A stretch of DNA of 64,000 nucleotides, taken from assembly GCF_009914755.1 (NCBI RefSeq), contig NC_060925.1. The stretch is one strand, 5' to 3'. The notes under the pieces were generated by a model. That model made no database searches. It saw nothing but the letters and a program-made list of their open reading frames with translations, and had not been told where the DNA came from. The position numbers and the translations under genes were made by a program. The DNA is from the human T2T-CHM13v2.0 reference genome, Homo sapiens. This document shows positions 1 through 11,969 of the stretch, piece by piece (the first letter of the stretch is position 1; each line of letters starts with the position of its first letter).

Positions 1-1574
1 CACTGTTCACATTTTGGTACAATTGATTGTAGTATTTTTGCTAAGGTTTATATTACACAGGTATGTGTAGAGTTACATGTCTGTACTTATGGAGATTATG
101 CTGGATAAACATTTTGTATCTGCCTTTCATCCTGGCACAATGCCATGTACTTTGAAACGATGATTTTTACCCTGATATGTGTTGCCATTTTGTGTGAATA
201 TGCCTCCCCATGAATTCCATCTTTCACCTTCAGCTAAGAGTAGAGGTTGCAACTCTTATTAAACTAGACAAGTGCATTTTCTGATACCTGATGAGAAAGT
301 CTGTGACTTCTCAGCACCATTTTTATGAGAACCTTGTCTGTGTCTGTGTCTGAAGGTGTTGACCTAAATAGGATTTCAATACATCATTAATGATCACTTT
401 GGGAGAGGTGCCCAGCCTTCAGCTTGTAGGATTCTCAGTGAATTAATTCTTTCTCGATATCAGCAAAGGCTTTTTTTCAGGTTGCAAAGGCCAAAAATTT
501 TAGGGATGTTTGGGCAGGGCCTCCTGCTCCTGCATCAGAGTCACCTGTCACCTCTTTCATGCTAGCCAGGATACTGTGAACTGCAGAATGGTCTCCTTCT
601 AAATGAGTGAGGCTCTTTAATGGTGTTTTAAGCAGTTTTTTCTATGGTTTGGCAAAAGAAAGTGTCACTCTCATAACAGGTGCTTTAATATTAGATGAGT
701 AAGAATAGAATGGCTACTCCCTAGGGTCAGAACTTGCAGTCCTTGATTACCTACATGTGTCCAACCACCCAGCCAACAGCTTCCACATTGTTCCCTATAG
801 CAACTTCAGCTCTGACCCTTGGGTTCATTATGCTGAAACCAAGTAGGTCGGATGCTGTCACACAGAGTCTCGCCACCGAAGTACCACTGTCTTCAGATGC
901 ATACAGACAAACTTGAGTGTAAATTAAAAGCAGGAAAGCAAGGGCATTTTCACATGAGTCTACCAGGTTTCAGTCTGTTGTTTGCATCCGTACCTCCCCT
1001 GGCCCCCTACACCATCAACATTGCAAAAGACAAAAGGTGGGCTATGGAGCAGTAGATGCAGGTTGAGGGTCTCCAGCTCAGCCCCTCCCTGCTACTCTGG
1101 AAACACAGCTTATTTATGTGCTCTGATTGATACAGGAGAGTGCACATTGAACGAGAATATAGAAGTCGTCTTTGAGAAAATGGGCACTGCCACCCTAAGG
1201 TGACCTTGCAAGGCTTTGTAGAATATGCAGTAGTTGAATACAAATATTTGAGAATTGCATGTTTTGACCCCATGCTTGCTCAAGATTCATACTAGCAGAA
1301 GACATGCACAGATGCTGTCTTTGAGGAAGGACATTTGCTTCCTTTTATACTTCAAGTAGCTTGGATTGGATAAGTAGTGTTTAATTCATTATTCTGGCAG
1401 AGATAGGAATTAGCACCTCATTCTTCCATCCTGAGCTTCTAGCACTGGGTGGATTGAGGAAGAAATTGAACTTTAACAAAGTATACTTAGGTTGTGTTTT
1501 ATATTTTTTTAGAGCACCTCCACATAATTCATCTTGAGGCTACCAACAACTATTAGGTGGGTAAATAGGACAAG

Positions 1575-1700
1575 TGTTATTATCCTGCTTGTGAAGTGAA
1601 GAAAGGCACAAAGAGGTTAAGTGATTTCCCCAAGTTCACTCAGCCCATTAACTACAGGGATGAGACTTGAATCACAGAATCTGAGCCTAATTCTCTTTAT
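1575..1700 (-). mobile_element. MIR (SINE) fragment
   Basis: tattatcc...gaaaggcacaaagaggttaagtgatttccccaag matches the MIR core in reverse. Confidence 0.6.
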
Positions 1701-4109
1701 ACTACCTCATGCTTTTAGTGCGTATGAGGGAAAAAACTATCCCTGTTCCATGGGGCAGCAGATAAGACTGAACCAAAACAGATCAAACAGAAACAGTCAC
1801 CTAAGTCATCACCAAGGACTCTATTACACAAGACCATCCATCATCATATATTTGGTCAAGAAGGGGAGGGATTTCTAACACTTTGCCTTCAAAATGATAG
1901 GCTTTCCATTAAAAATATTCATGCAAATCATAAAACTTGAGAAAACTTTAGAAATACCGACTTCAAACCTGTAACCTGTAGCCTAACTTTACAGCTGCAA
2001 CTAGAATACAAGCCCCTCATGTGCAGCTCCACTGTGGGTCTGGCTTACCAAAATATGGCCACCATCCAGAGCAGTGCCTGGGTGGATGTTGGACAAACGC
2101 ATGGATGAGTGTCACTAAATAGTTGCATAGTATGTCCAAGGCCTTGTCGTAAATGGATGACTAGTGAGACCCAGATCTCAGGTTTTCCAGTTTTATGACG
2201 CTCAGCCAATGTGTTTTCCCTTTGCACCATACTACCCCTCATGGCCAGACCAGACCAGACCATAAGGTCGGGGAAGAAAAAAGGTTTTTTTTTGTTTTGT
2301 TTTGTTTTTTTGTGGGGCGGGGATGGATTGCAGTTAGTGTACCTAGAATTCCAACCACAACAACAAAAAGTGATTAGATAACAATCTATAAAGTTTCTTC
2401 CATGGCCCAGGAGCTAACCTGTAGGTTCAGTTTTCCATCTCACATATCACAACTTAGCAAAACAGCTGCAAAAGCTGTATAAATGGGTCATAATCACAGC
2501 TCTTCAACTCCCTGCCACACAGTCTCGAATGCCTAAATCAGACCTGAATGTAGCCCACATACCTTTGTTATTAGCCTGTTTGGTGGAGGTTATTCACTCT
2601 TTGATGTTTCTTTGAAAAGGACGGGAACAATTTGGAACATCTTTCTCTCAGCAATCCTGGGCTTGTTTCAGGTGGTAAAGGTAGAGGTCACTTTATTAAT
2701 ACAACCATCAAGAAAAGCTGTCATGGTAACGCATTACATTGATTCCTTGAAGTGCAGGAGACAAAGCCAAAAAGAGAAACTTTCAAGTCTATAAATACAG
2801 ACCCAGCATTGCTCAAGCATAGCAGCTCACTGACAGCATGAACCTAAATGTATAACGTTGAACAAAACCCAGAGAAAAGAAAACTTCCCTTTGGTAGTGG
2901 AATGGATCATCATGACCTTAGGGGAACAAGTGACCCCTCAGCTCATAAAAGATAAAAGAATAGAACAAGTGGCAACACCAAGTCCTGGCTAATACCCTCT
3001 GAGCATAAGGAGTCCATCTGTGGTCAGTTTTTCCATACCTTCCAGAAAGAACTCATAGAGGGGAAAGGAATCAAGGTCTCGTAAGTCACATTTGACAGTA
3101 GATTGCAGTTTGAGAAGAGGAAATGTATGTGACAATCAAGAAACCCACCAAAAAAATGAAAGAATTAAATAATTTAGCTATATCCCTGTGTCGCTCCTCA
3201 TCCAAGATGGTGCAAGAAAAATAGATAGAAGTAAGAGAGGAAGAAATGCTGCTTGATCAGTTCTTTCACCGTGGAAATTCTAAATGTTTTTGTAAACTCA
3301 TGGCAATTGTGAGAGCTTGTTTATCTACCTTGTGGCTTGCTTGCTAAAGCTATGATCAGAGCTGTTACAACACCTTGCTGACTTCAGCTTTTCCACCAGG
3401 TTTCCACACTTCATCTTTTGGCCACGTAACTCTGTTTGAATCTAACATTAATACTCTAACCTTATCTGTCAAATTCCACAAATTATCTTGGTCACTCCAT
3501 TTGAAATCATTCCTAATATCAAAACATCAGAGGATTATAGTATGTGATATTGGATACTCCATAAATGAATTATATTTATCAATACGAAAAGGAATCCTTT
3601 AGAATACAGTCAAGCTATTACCAAAGCAGTATTAGTTTTTCTGGTATCTAAGGATCATATTTTACTATCACAAAAAGAAATCTGTCTAGCAAATAACTAT
3701 TTGCATCCAGCACTGGATCAAGTGTTGTATAAGGATTTTAAAATGAACCTTTCTGTTTACTGACATAGGACACTCTAAGACTGTCAATAACAATAAAGAG
3801 AGAGTTGGGACATGCTTAAAATGAATACACCCACAGAATAAGTTTAGAGTTTTCAGTCTGAGGTAAACCCACAGAGCAGGGCACCAAGTAAAAAGTGTGA
3901 TCACTGAAAGATGCCTGTTGGGTAGAAATTTTCACTTGGATCTTTAATTTGCAACTATATGCAGGATTATGTGAGATAATGCCAGGATTGTAAATGGGTG
4001 TTTATCCTCATGCCAGTACTATCAACTCATGGTGGATGCCTGGAAACTTGTGTTGAGAAGCATTTGAAGTTCAGTGCAAGAGAGTCCCATGATTAACTAG
4101 CTGTATTTC

Positions 4110-4489
4110 TGACTTATTCCATTTTATGCACTATAACAGAATACCACACACTGGGTAATTTATAATGAATAGAAGTTTATCAACTCACAATTCTGGAGGC
4201 TGACAAGCCCAAGATCAAGGGGCTCACATCTTGTAATGGCCTTCTTGTTGCACCATAACATGGCAGAAGGCATCACATGATTGAAGGGCAGAGAGAGAAA
4301 GAGGAAAAGAAAGGGTCAGCCCACCCCATGATAACAAACCCTCTCCCAAAATAACAGCATTAGTCCATTCATGAAGGTGGAGCCCTTATGAGCTAAACAC
4401 TTCTTAAAGGTCCCACTTCTTAATACTGTTACAGTGGCAAATAAATTTCAACATGAGTTTTAGAGAGAACACACGTTCTGTACATAGCA
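4110..4489 (-). mobile_element. ERVL-MaLR solo LTR, MST family
   Basis: ctataacagaataccacacactgggtaatttata...ttctggaggctg...caagatcaagg...tttcaacatgagtttt...catagca, typical MST/MLT1A-like LTR in reverse. Confidence 0.75.
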
Positions 4490-5319
4490 GTCTCCTATGT
4501 ACAGGGGAAGAGGAAATGACAGTGTAAATGCAGACATATTTGCCATTTTCAGCCTAGACATTGGCATTTCTGGTTTATTTTCTGTATGAGCTGATTTGTA
4601 CTTGGAGCTCTACCAAAATGTGGTAAAACCCTAGGATGAGTAACAATTGATACTATCAACAAAGACCTCTGCCTAGTCAAAGTGTGATATGAAAGCAGAG
4701 CACTTAGTCAATACAGCTGCAAATCTACTGACTATCTATAGAAGAGTTCATGTCTCCCTGGTAAGTGGGAAAGTCAGCTATGTTTTGAGGAGCATGGAAT
4801 GTGGCACTGTGCAATATTATTTACCACATTTCTCCTGATTGTTCTTTTCTATGTGAAGAGCAGTAATCTATAAATTGGGAGACCTGGATTCTAGTCCCAG
4901 TTCTACTCTCAATTGCTTATCTACAGCTTCCTTATCTACAGCTCATCTAGATGGTTTCTAAAGTTTCCTGCAAGCTCTGATTTTACTGCTTCTATGCAAG
5001 CAAATTACATAGCAGGGGTGCTTTTTGTTCCTCTCACCCTTTCATTGTGAACAGTACTAAAGGGTCTGTCTTAGATCCCAGTCTCCTATATTTACTCCCT
5101 GAAGAAGATAATCCACTCTTACATTTCCAATTCAAGTACTTAGTCACCTCTAATTCCCACAGCTCAGCACCTGAAAACTTACTATCTTCCTGATCTAGAA
5201 ATGACAAAGTTTCTTTATTGTACCTTCCCCAAAATATATCAGGGACAACTGCCCTTCTTCATTGCTATGACTGATGCCCTGACCCAGGCCTTATCGTTTT
5301 ATCTTTTACATTAATTGAG

Positions 5320-5505
5320 AAGTAATTCTTTGTTGTGGGGGGTTGTTCTGTATACTGCAGGATGTTAGCAACATTCCTGGCCTCGCTATACACATCAGTG
5401 GCCAGTAGTGTGCCCTCCCTACCCACTTGTGACAACCAAAAAAAATGTCTCCAGACATTGTCAAATACCCATGGGAGCAAAATCATCCAGTGTTGAGAAC
5501 CACTA
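5320..5505 (-). mobile_element. MER20 (hAT-Charlie DNA transposon)
   Basis: aattctttgttgtggggg...tgacaaccaaaaaaaatgtctccagacattg...ttgagaaccact is the reverse complement of the MER20 consensus. Confidence 0.85.
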
Positions 5506-5759
5506 CTTTAGACTGACATCCAAAGACATCCATTAAATGTTAATTCTTCAAAATTTTTCAATCCTTTTTCCAATTATTCAAGAACCCCTTATGACAGAGT
5601 CAATCAAGAACATGCAATGTTTATTTTGCATATTTCATTTGTCCAACTCAAAGTGCCCTTACTGTCACACTTTTCCAGTTTGTCGATTCATAGATACAGT
5701 CATTCACATCAGGAAGACTTCTGCGGTTAATTTCATACCTTCATAGGATCACTGCATTT

Positions 5760-6450
5760 TTCTGACATTGTTTTCTTCTCAGCATTCTTTATGGTCTTTC
5801 TCTTCCAATGGCCTAAATGCTGATGTTCTTCAGTTTTCTATCTGTAGTCCTCATTTTTACTTGGTCTATATTCTTCTAGGATGAAGTCTTCTACTCTTTT
5901 TGCTTCATCTTTTGCAACAACGACCACCACCACCCCAGCTCCAAATTTGTGTCTCCAGGATGACCTATCTCCTGTTCCATTAAATAGTTTTCCAACTAAT
6001 AACAAAACAGCTGCAGAAGAACCTTGACAGTTCTAAAAGTCAATAGGTCCAAAAAACATTTCTCTCTCTCCTGACCAAACTCTTCCTCTTATCTTCTTTT
6101 CTCAATAAATTTCTTTATTATGCATCTAAATACCCCAAACAGGAAGCTTAGACTCTCTCTTATCCATTCACATAACCTGTCTCCAAATCTTTTCCCTCCT
6201 TCCCTTCACCATTGTTCTAACCTCGTCCAAGTCCATTCTATTTGAGTATGGTCTCCTTACCTCCAGTCTGCCGTTTTTCTGGTCTAGATTCACCTTCCTC
6301 TTCTCCTTTAAACACCACCCTCCTTCTAAGTCTTTGACAGCTTTCCATTCCTTATTACTAAACTCCACTGTGGCACCTTCACAACCAGGTCACATTTGCC
6401 TTTCCCTTTGTGCATCCATCATTCCAGCCATAGCAGTCCATGCATCATTC
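5760..6450 (+). mobile_element. L2 (LINE2) fragment, continued after the LTR at about 7100-7445
   Basis: Degenerate pyrimidine-rich L2 3'-region motifs; the L2 tail (gggtgcctggcataca...tggaattga) lies at about 7395-7445. Confidence 0.5.
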
Positions 6451-6455
6451 ACTAA

Positions 6456-7093
6456 TGTGTCTTTCAGTTGGGCTTCAGGCAGAAAACTGAAACCATTTCT
6501 AGGTATTTCAACAGAGAGAATGTATTAAAAGAAATGGTTTAAAAAGTATTTGAAATTTTAAAGTGAGAACAGGATACTGAAGTAATTCCTGTGTTAAGTA
6601 AGCAGGAACCATCTATCACTCTGGGACTGAGGGATTACAGGAAAGAGGATGGAGTTATCAGAAAGTAAAAGTTTGGATAAAAGGGACCCCCACAGAGCTG
6701 AAACCTGCACCTCTAAGGTGGGGTAATGGCTGGCTGCTGCAGCTGCCTCTGAAATGCTGAGTAGAGCCTCCTTGGAGCTGAGGCTTAAACCTCTAGGGAA
6801 GGAGTGCCACCAGGCTGGTGTAGGAACCTCTAACGGTGTGATGAAGCTGGTTATGAATAAAGCTCAACACTGGAACCACATGTTGCTGTTGATGTGAAGG
6901 GCCGTTGCTGGGCAGTACTGTTAGAGCACCATCAAACAGAGTCAAGGAAACAGGATCTTCCATGCCTCCTACTTTCTCTGCTCCCTCTAGTGCCCCCTGT
7001 TGGTGGGATCCAGCAGACAACTTGCAGAGTTCTGGCCTCAACATCAGAAGGGTGGATTTAGAGTTAAAAGACAATTGCTTAATAACCAATACA
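6456..7093 (-). mobile_element. LTR41-like ERVL solo LTR carrying a CTCF-type motif
   Basis: Ends match remembered LTR41 (gaaacca...tatttcaacagagagaat; ggtggatttagag...gacaattgcttaataac...aca); internal ctccctctagtgccccctgttgg. Confidence 0.7.
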
Positions 7094-10000
7094 GTACACT
7101 TTCACATCTCCTTGTCTTTACTGATGCAGTTTCCCTATTTATAATGGCTTTTCTACCAGTATCTGCCTGATGAATGCCTTTGCTCAAATACAATCTCTTT
7201 TTTATAATCTCCCTTAATCTTCCCAAAAGTAATTATTTATACTATCATGTGAGTTTCCCCAGTAATTTGTAAATACGTTTTTTGTAGATTTTTTTATACT
7301 ATATCATAATGTGTGTTTGTGTGTTTATTTTCCATTTATTTTCTGCCAAACCAGGTACTCCTTTAGGACAGTTAGTTACAACCATAAAATATAGCAGGGT
7401 GCCTGGCATACAACAGATATTGGTTAAGCTCAATGGAATTGATAAGGGCATTTTAATGACATTAATATTAGATCATTTCTTATAGATATTTTATCGTCCC
7501 AGCCAGATTTAAACTCCATAAGAGCAGAAATCATCCTTTATATTTCTTTTATTTTCTTTGCGGGGTTAAGTGCAAGGTTGAGCACACTGAAGAAGAGCTC
7601 AGTGATATTTGTTAACCACCTAGCTTGTTTATTAGCTACCACAATTTTGGTTCAAAATGACATGAAGATGGAGCATGATTATGAATATCAGGTAAGATCC
7701 ATAATTAGGTTAGATGTGCTTCTAGCCCATGATTCCAACAGTTAGAGGGCACTGTATGTATGGTAAAGTTCTGTATTTGTTGGAGGACTAGCACAATCAA
7801 GAGACCAAATGTAATATGTTTTATAGTGAATTCTAAATAATGAAATATATTATAGGTTTTATTTTTCTCTATTGATCTCCTACAGAAAATATATCCTGCC
7901 AGTCCATGAGATTACTAATTCTGGGCTATATCTGTTCCTAGTATATTTATTAAATTTCTCACAACTATTAAAATCAACTAGTAATTACTTAAATGTAGGA
8001 AAAATATTGAATTTTAACTTAATCACCAGCTTCTTGAAAAAAGAAACCTCTGTTCAACAGCTGATTTATATTCACATCCAAGAAGAAGAAAAATAGCTTT
8101 TTTTTTCTAAACGGGAGTGATATGTAATTAACTATTGATTTCTTCTCAATTATTCAAGGCAAGCAATTATCGATATTGATGGAACAGATATTTCCCTACC
8201 TCTAGTGCCCAAATGAAAGGAAATATCCCATTCAGCATTCTGCTGCCTGGAACAAGAAATGCTGAGGATCTTCAACTTTAGCTGAAAACAGTTATCTGGA
8301 TCTGTTTATTCCATGTTGCCCCAATTAAACATATTTCTTCAAGTGCAAGCAAAATAAAATCCTGAAAACCTACATATGCTTTCTAAATTAACTAAAGCCA
8401 AAAAACAAGAGCTTTTGTCAGTTTTGACCATGAGGCTAACCACTCTACATGTGGACTTTGCTTCACAGCTACAGATCTTGACATTTTTAACCATGACTCA
8501 TAAAATAATGTGGTTCTAATATTATGATTTCTAAGCCACTCAATAAGAGGTAGCTTATATAATCATTAGAAACCATGGAACACTGCCTTGCATATCAATA
8601 TTTGGAGCCTGAAGGATTTAGTAGGCCTTAATAGTCACTTCTGACATTTACAGATAGCAAACGTGGATACATTTGAAAATTATGCCAATACACTACGCAA
8701 CCGTGTTAGAGGTCACCAAGGAAATGTTGAGGAAGGCAGTAAAACAGTGGTCTATTTAGGGCACTCTGTTATTAACCATGTGGGTATCCACCACCATCTT
8801 TCCTAAGCTCATTGACACACAAAGCACTGGCATGTTTGTGTGTAAGAAGCTTCTTTTGAAGCTGACATGACTGTTGAACATAATTAGTGGACAAGGCAAC
8901 ATTCTCTATTGAGTTACTACTTGGAGGGTAGAGTTGTTTTCTTTTAATACTTTGCACTTAATAGTAATATTGGGTATGTGTATATGAGTGTGTAGTGTGT
9001 TGAACTCATGTGGCATCCCTGGGGAAATTTCACCATGACATTTTTAAAAATGGAAAATGTTACAATTTATAAAAAGCTACTTTTTCTGCTCTGTTCCCCA
9101 CCTCCCATTCCAGAGGGGTTCTATATATTAAATGCTTAAGCAGCATATGTTGCTTGGGAAATGTTCTTGGCTCTTTTACTCTTTGTTGTTGTTTTAATTT
9201 CCCTGGGTTCTAGTTAACATTCTGCTAAATCAGTGAAACAGTGATTATCTAAAAGAATAGGAGACATGGAATTAATGAGGTTAGTCAGAATTTTGAAGAA
9301 ATAAGAAATTATTAGAGGTGAAAGTTACATGACAGGGTCTGTGAATGAATTCTAGTCTCTGAAGTTGCTTGTCTTGATTTATTCAAACTGATTCCATTAA
9401 TTGATGGACATAATGAAATTTTGGTAATCAGGGTTTCACCATCGCATTTATTACTATTCCCGGAAATCAAGGTAACCTTGGGCTATACTTCCCATATTTA
9501 CAAGGTGATAAAAATCCTTAATAGGCTGTCAGGGACGAATGTGACTGCTTTTCCTCACACTCCTCCCATGAAACAAGCTTTCTCTCTTCCCATCTGGCTG
9601 CCGCCTGCCTGGAGCATGCTACTTTCCCCGTGTCCCCACCCCTCCTCATCCCCATGCCTCCCGGTGGGTTCTGTCTTCATGCATGCAGCGCTGGAATCAC
9701 GCACCGAGAGAATGGCCCACCCCTTAGAGGTTTTTGGTCATTTTAGCAATACCGCTTTGCATTTTAAATACCATTCATCTGGCTTCAAAGATCTGCACTC
9801 TTGCATCGGGCACTTGTCCTTTAAAAACCCAAAAGATCACAACAGGTCCCAGTTCCATGAAGAAAAGATACTGCCAAACTAGGACTATTGCATTACTTTG
9901 TATTCTATAGCCTGAAATGGACAATGATAACATCCAAGATTGCAGCAAAAATCTATATGAAAAGGACTAATATGATAAAAACAAAGGCAGAAAACTACAT

Positions 10001-10124
10001 TTGTTTGGAAATTGGAGTCACGGGCTTCGTTTGTGGAGGGGAGGGGGGAGCACAAAGATCGATAGAGATTTTTTTTTTAGGCTGAAAACATGATGTACCA
10101 GATGAACTTCAATTGATTCTGCTT

Positions 10125-10440
10125 CTCCTCCCCGCGCCCACCCACCCCTACCTTCCCCCTCATTCTGCAGCGAATGTCTGCGACAACGAGCTCCTGCACT
10201 GCCAGAACGGAGGGACGTGCCACAACAACGTGCGCTGCCTGTGCCCGGCCGCATACACGGGCATCCTCTGCGAGAAGCTGCGGTGCGAGGAGGCTGGCAG
10301 CTGCGGCTCCGACTCTGGCCAGGGCGCGCCCCCGCACGGCTCCCCAGCGCTGCTGCTGCTGACCACGCTGCTGGGAACCGCCAGCCCCCTGGTGTTCTAG
10401 GTGTCACCTCCAGCCACACCGGACGGGCCTGTGCCGTGGG
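10125..10440. promoter_or_regulatory. Small CpG-rich island over the terminal exon
   Basis: Abrupt rise in GC and CpG density (cccgcgccc, tgcgctgc, ccggccgc, ggcgcgccccc) against an AT-rich, CpG-poor background. Confidence 0.6.
10171..10400 (+). CDS. NTNG1: Netrin-G1 terminal coding exon (phase-1 start): EGF-like module plus C-terminal GPI-anchor signal
   Basis: C-rich pyrimidine tract and CTGCAG acceptor ending 10170; translation (x)NVCDNELLHCQNGGTCHNNVRCLCPAAYTGILCEKLRCEEAGSCGSDSGQGAPPHGSPALLLLTTLLGTASPLVF* matches the netrin-G1 C-terminus as I remember it. It has EGF cysteine spacing, small residues (S-D-S-G) as likely omega region, and a hydrophobic tail. TAG at 10398-10400. Confidence 0.96.
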
Positions 10441-11392
10441 GAAGCAGACACAACCCAAACATTTGCTACTAACATAGGAAACACACACATACAGACACCC
10501 CCACTCAGACAGTGTACAAACTAAGAAGGCCTAACTGAACTAAGCCATATTTATCACCCGTGGACAGCACATCCGAGTCAAGACTGTTAATTTCTGACTC
10601 CAGAGGAGTTGGCAGCTGTTGATATTATCACTGCAAATCACATTGCCAGCTGCAGAGCATATTGTGGATTGGAAAGGCTGCGACAGCCCCCCAAACAGGA
10701 AAGACAAAAAACAAACAAATCAACCGACCTAAAAACATTGGCTACTCTAGCGTGGTGCGCCCTAGTACGACTCCGCCCAGTGTGTGGACCAACCAAATAG
10801 CATTCTTTGCTGTCAGGTGCATTGTGGGCATAAGGAAATCTGTTACAAGCTGCCATATTGGCCTGCTTCCGTCCCTGAATCCCTTCCAACCTGTGCTTTA
10901 GTGAACGTTGCTCTGTAACCCTTGTTGGTTGAAAGATTTCTTTGTCTGATGTTAGTGATGCACATGTGTAACAGCCCCCTCTAAAAGCGCAAGCCAGTCA
11001 TACCCCTGTATATCTTAGCAGCACTGAGTCCAGTGCGAGCACACACCCACTATACAAGAGTGGCTATAGGAAAAAAGAAAGTGTATCTATCCTTTTGTAT
11101 TCAAATGAAGTTATTTTTCTTGAACTACTGTAATATGTAGATTTTTTGTATTATTGCCAATTTGTGTTACCAGACAATCTGTTAATGTATCTAATTCGAA
11201 TCAGCAAAGACTGACATTTTATTTTGTCCTCTTTCGTTCTGTTTTGTTTCACTGTGCAGAGATTTCTCTGTAAGGGCAACGAACGTGCTGGCATCAAAGA
11301 ATATCAGTTTACATATATAACAAGTGTAATAAGATTCCACCAAAGGACATTCTAAATGTTTTCTTGTTGCTTTAACACTGGAAGATTTAAAG

Positions 11393-11398
11393 AATAAA
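11393..11398 (+). terminator. Candidate proximal polyadenylation signal AATAAA
   Basis: First canonical hexamer I find after the stop codon; upstream TGTA motifs. Confidence 0.5.
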
Positions 11399-11930
11399 AA
11401 CTCCTGCATAAACGATTTCAGGAATTTGTATTGCAATTTCTTAAGATGAAAGGAACAGCCACCAAGCAGTTTCACACTCACTTTACTGATTTCTGTGTGG
11501 ACTGAGTACATTCAGCTGACGAATTTAGTTCCCAGGAAGATGGATTGATGTTCACTAGCTTGGACAACTTCTGCAAAATATGAGACTATTTCCACTTGGG
11601 AAAAATTACAACAGCAAAAAAAAAAAAAAAAATCTAAGTGATTGCCAAGATTATGCCAAAGCCTGTTGGCAGAGTACTAAGAGACTTTTATTTTTAAGTC
11701 ATGCTATTTTCACAGATTGATGGTGATCATGTGACTCTAGGGATGCTGATCTATGTATCTTTCCAAATACAGTGTTTACATGGAGTATCACAAGATGCAA
11801 CCTGGGGAACCAGGAAGGGAGCAGGGAAATTGAGTGATTTGCAATTTGACTTTGAATATATTCAGACTTAAGTATTTAGAGGAAATATCAAAATATAAAG
11901 CAGCAAGTAGACATAACTGCTGTTCCTGAG

Positions 11931-11969
11931 AATAAAGTTTGTTTTAAGTGCTGCCCAAGGTGTAATAAA
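11931..11969 (+). terminator. Paired candidate polyadenylation signals (AATAAA 11931-11936 and 11964-11969)
   Basis: Two hexamers followed by GT/T-rich sequence (gtttgtttt; ttcttgtttctgccttttatt). Confidence 0.55.

Larger units (their letters stand above)
1..10170 (+). other. NTNG1: 3' part of the last NTNG1 intron
   Basis: Lies upstream of the terminal-exon acceptor; no laminin/EGF-type coding segment recognisable in the ORF track; contains old repeats. Confidence 0.8.

Noticed and set aside
470-490. Acceptor-like tttttttcag|g in the intron (similar ones at ~7885, ~16991 and ~17032)
   Set aside because: I found no paired donor or netrin-like reading frame; such motifs are common in AT-rich introns.
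4916-4953. 13-bp direct repeat CTTATCTACAGCT followed by palindrome CATCTAGATG
   Set aside because: Short slippage-type duplication in a degenerate repeat region; no evidence of function.
10113-10170. N-terminal part (MILLLLPAPTHPYLPPHSA) of the 95-aa ORF, resembling a signal peptide
   Set aside because: It starts at TTG, not ATG, and is simply the translated polypyrimidine tract upstream of the splice acceptor.
10018-10488. 156-aa antisense ORF and other overlapping ORFs across the NTNG1 exon
   Set aside because: These are expected stop-poor shadow frames of a GC-rich exon, with low-complexity Arg/Ala/Gly composition and no recognisable domain.
10743-10768. Possible hairpin around ctagcgtggtgcgccctag in the 3' UTR
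   Set aside because: The stem is short and bulged; not supportable without folding and covariation analysis.
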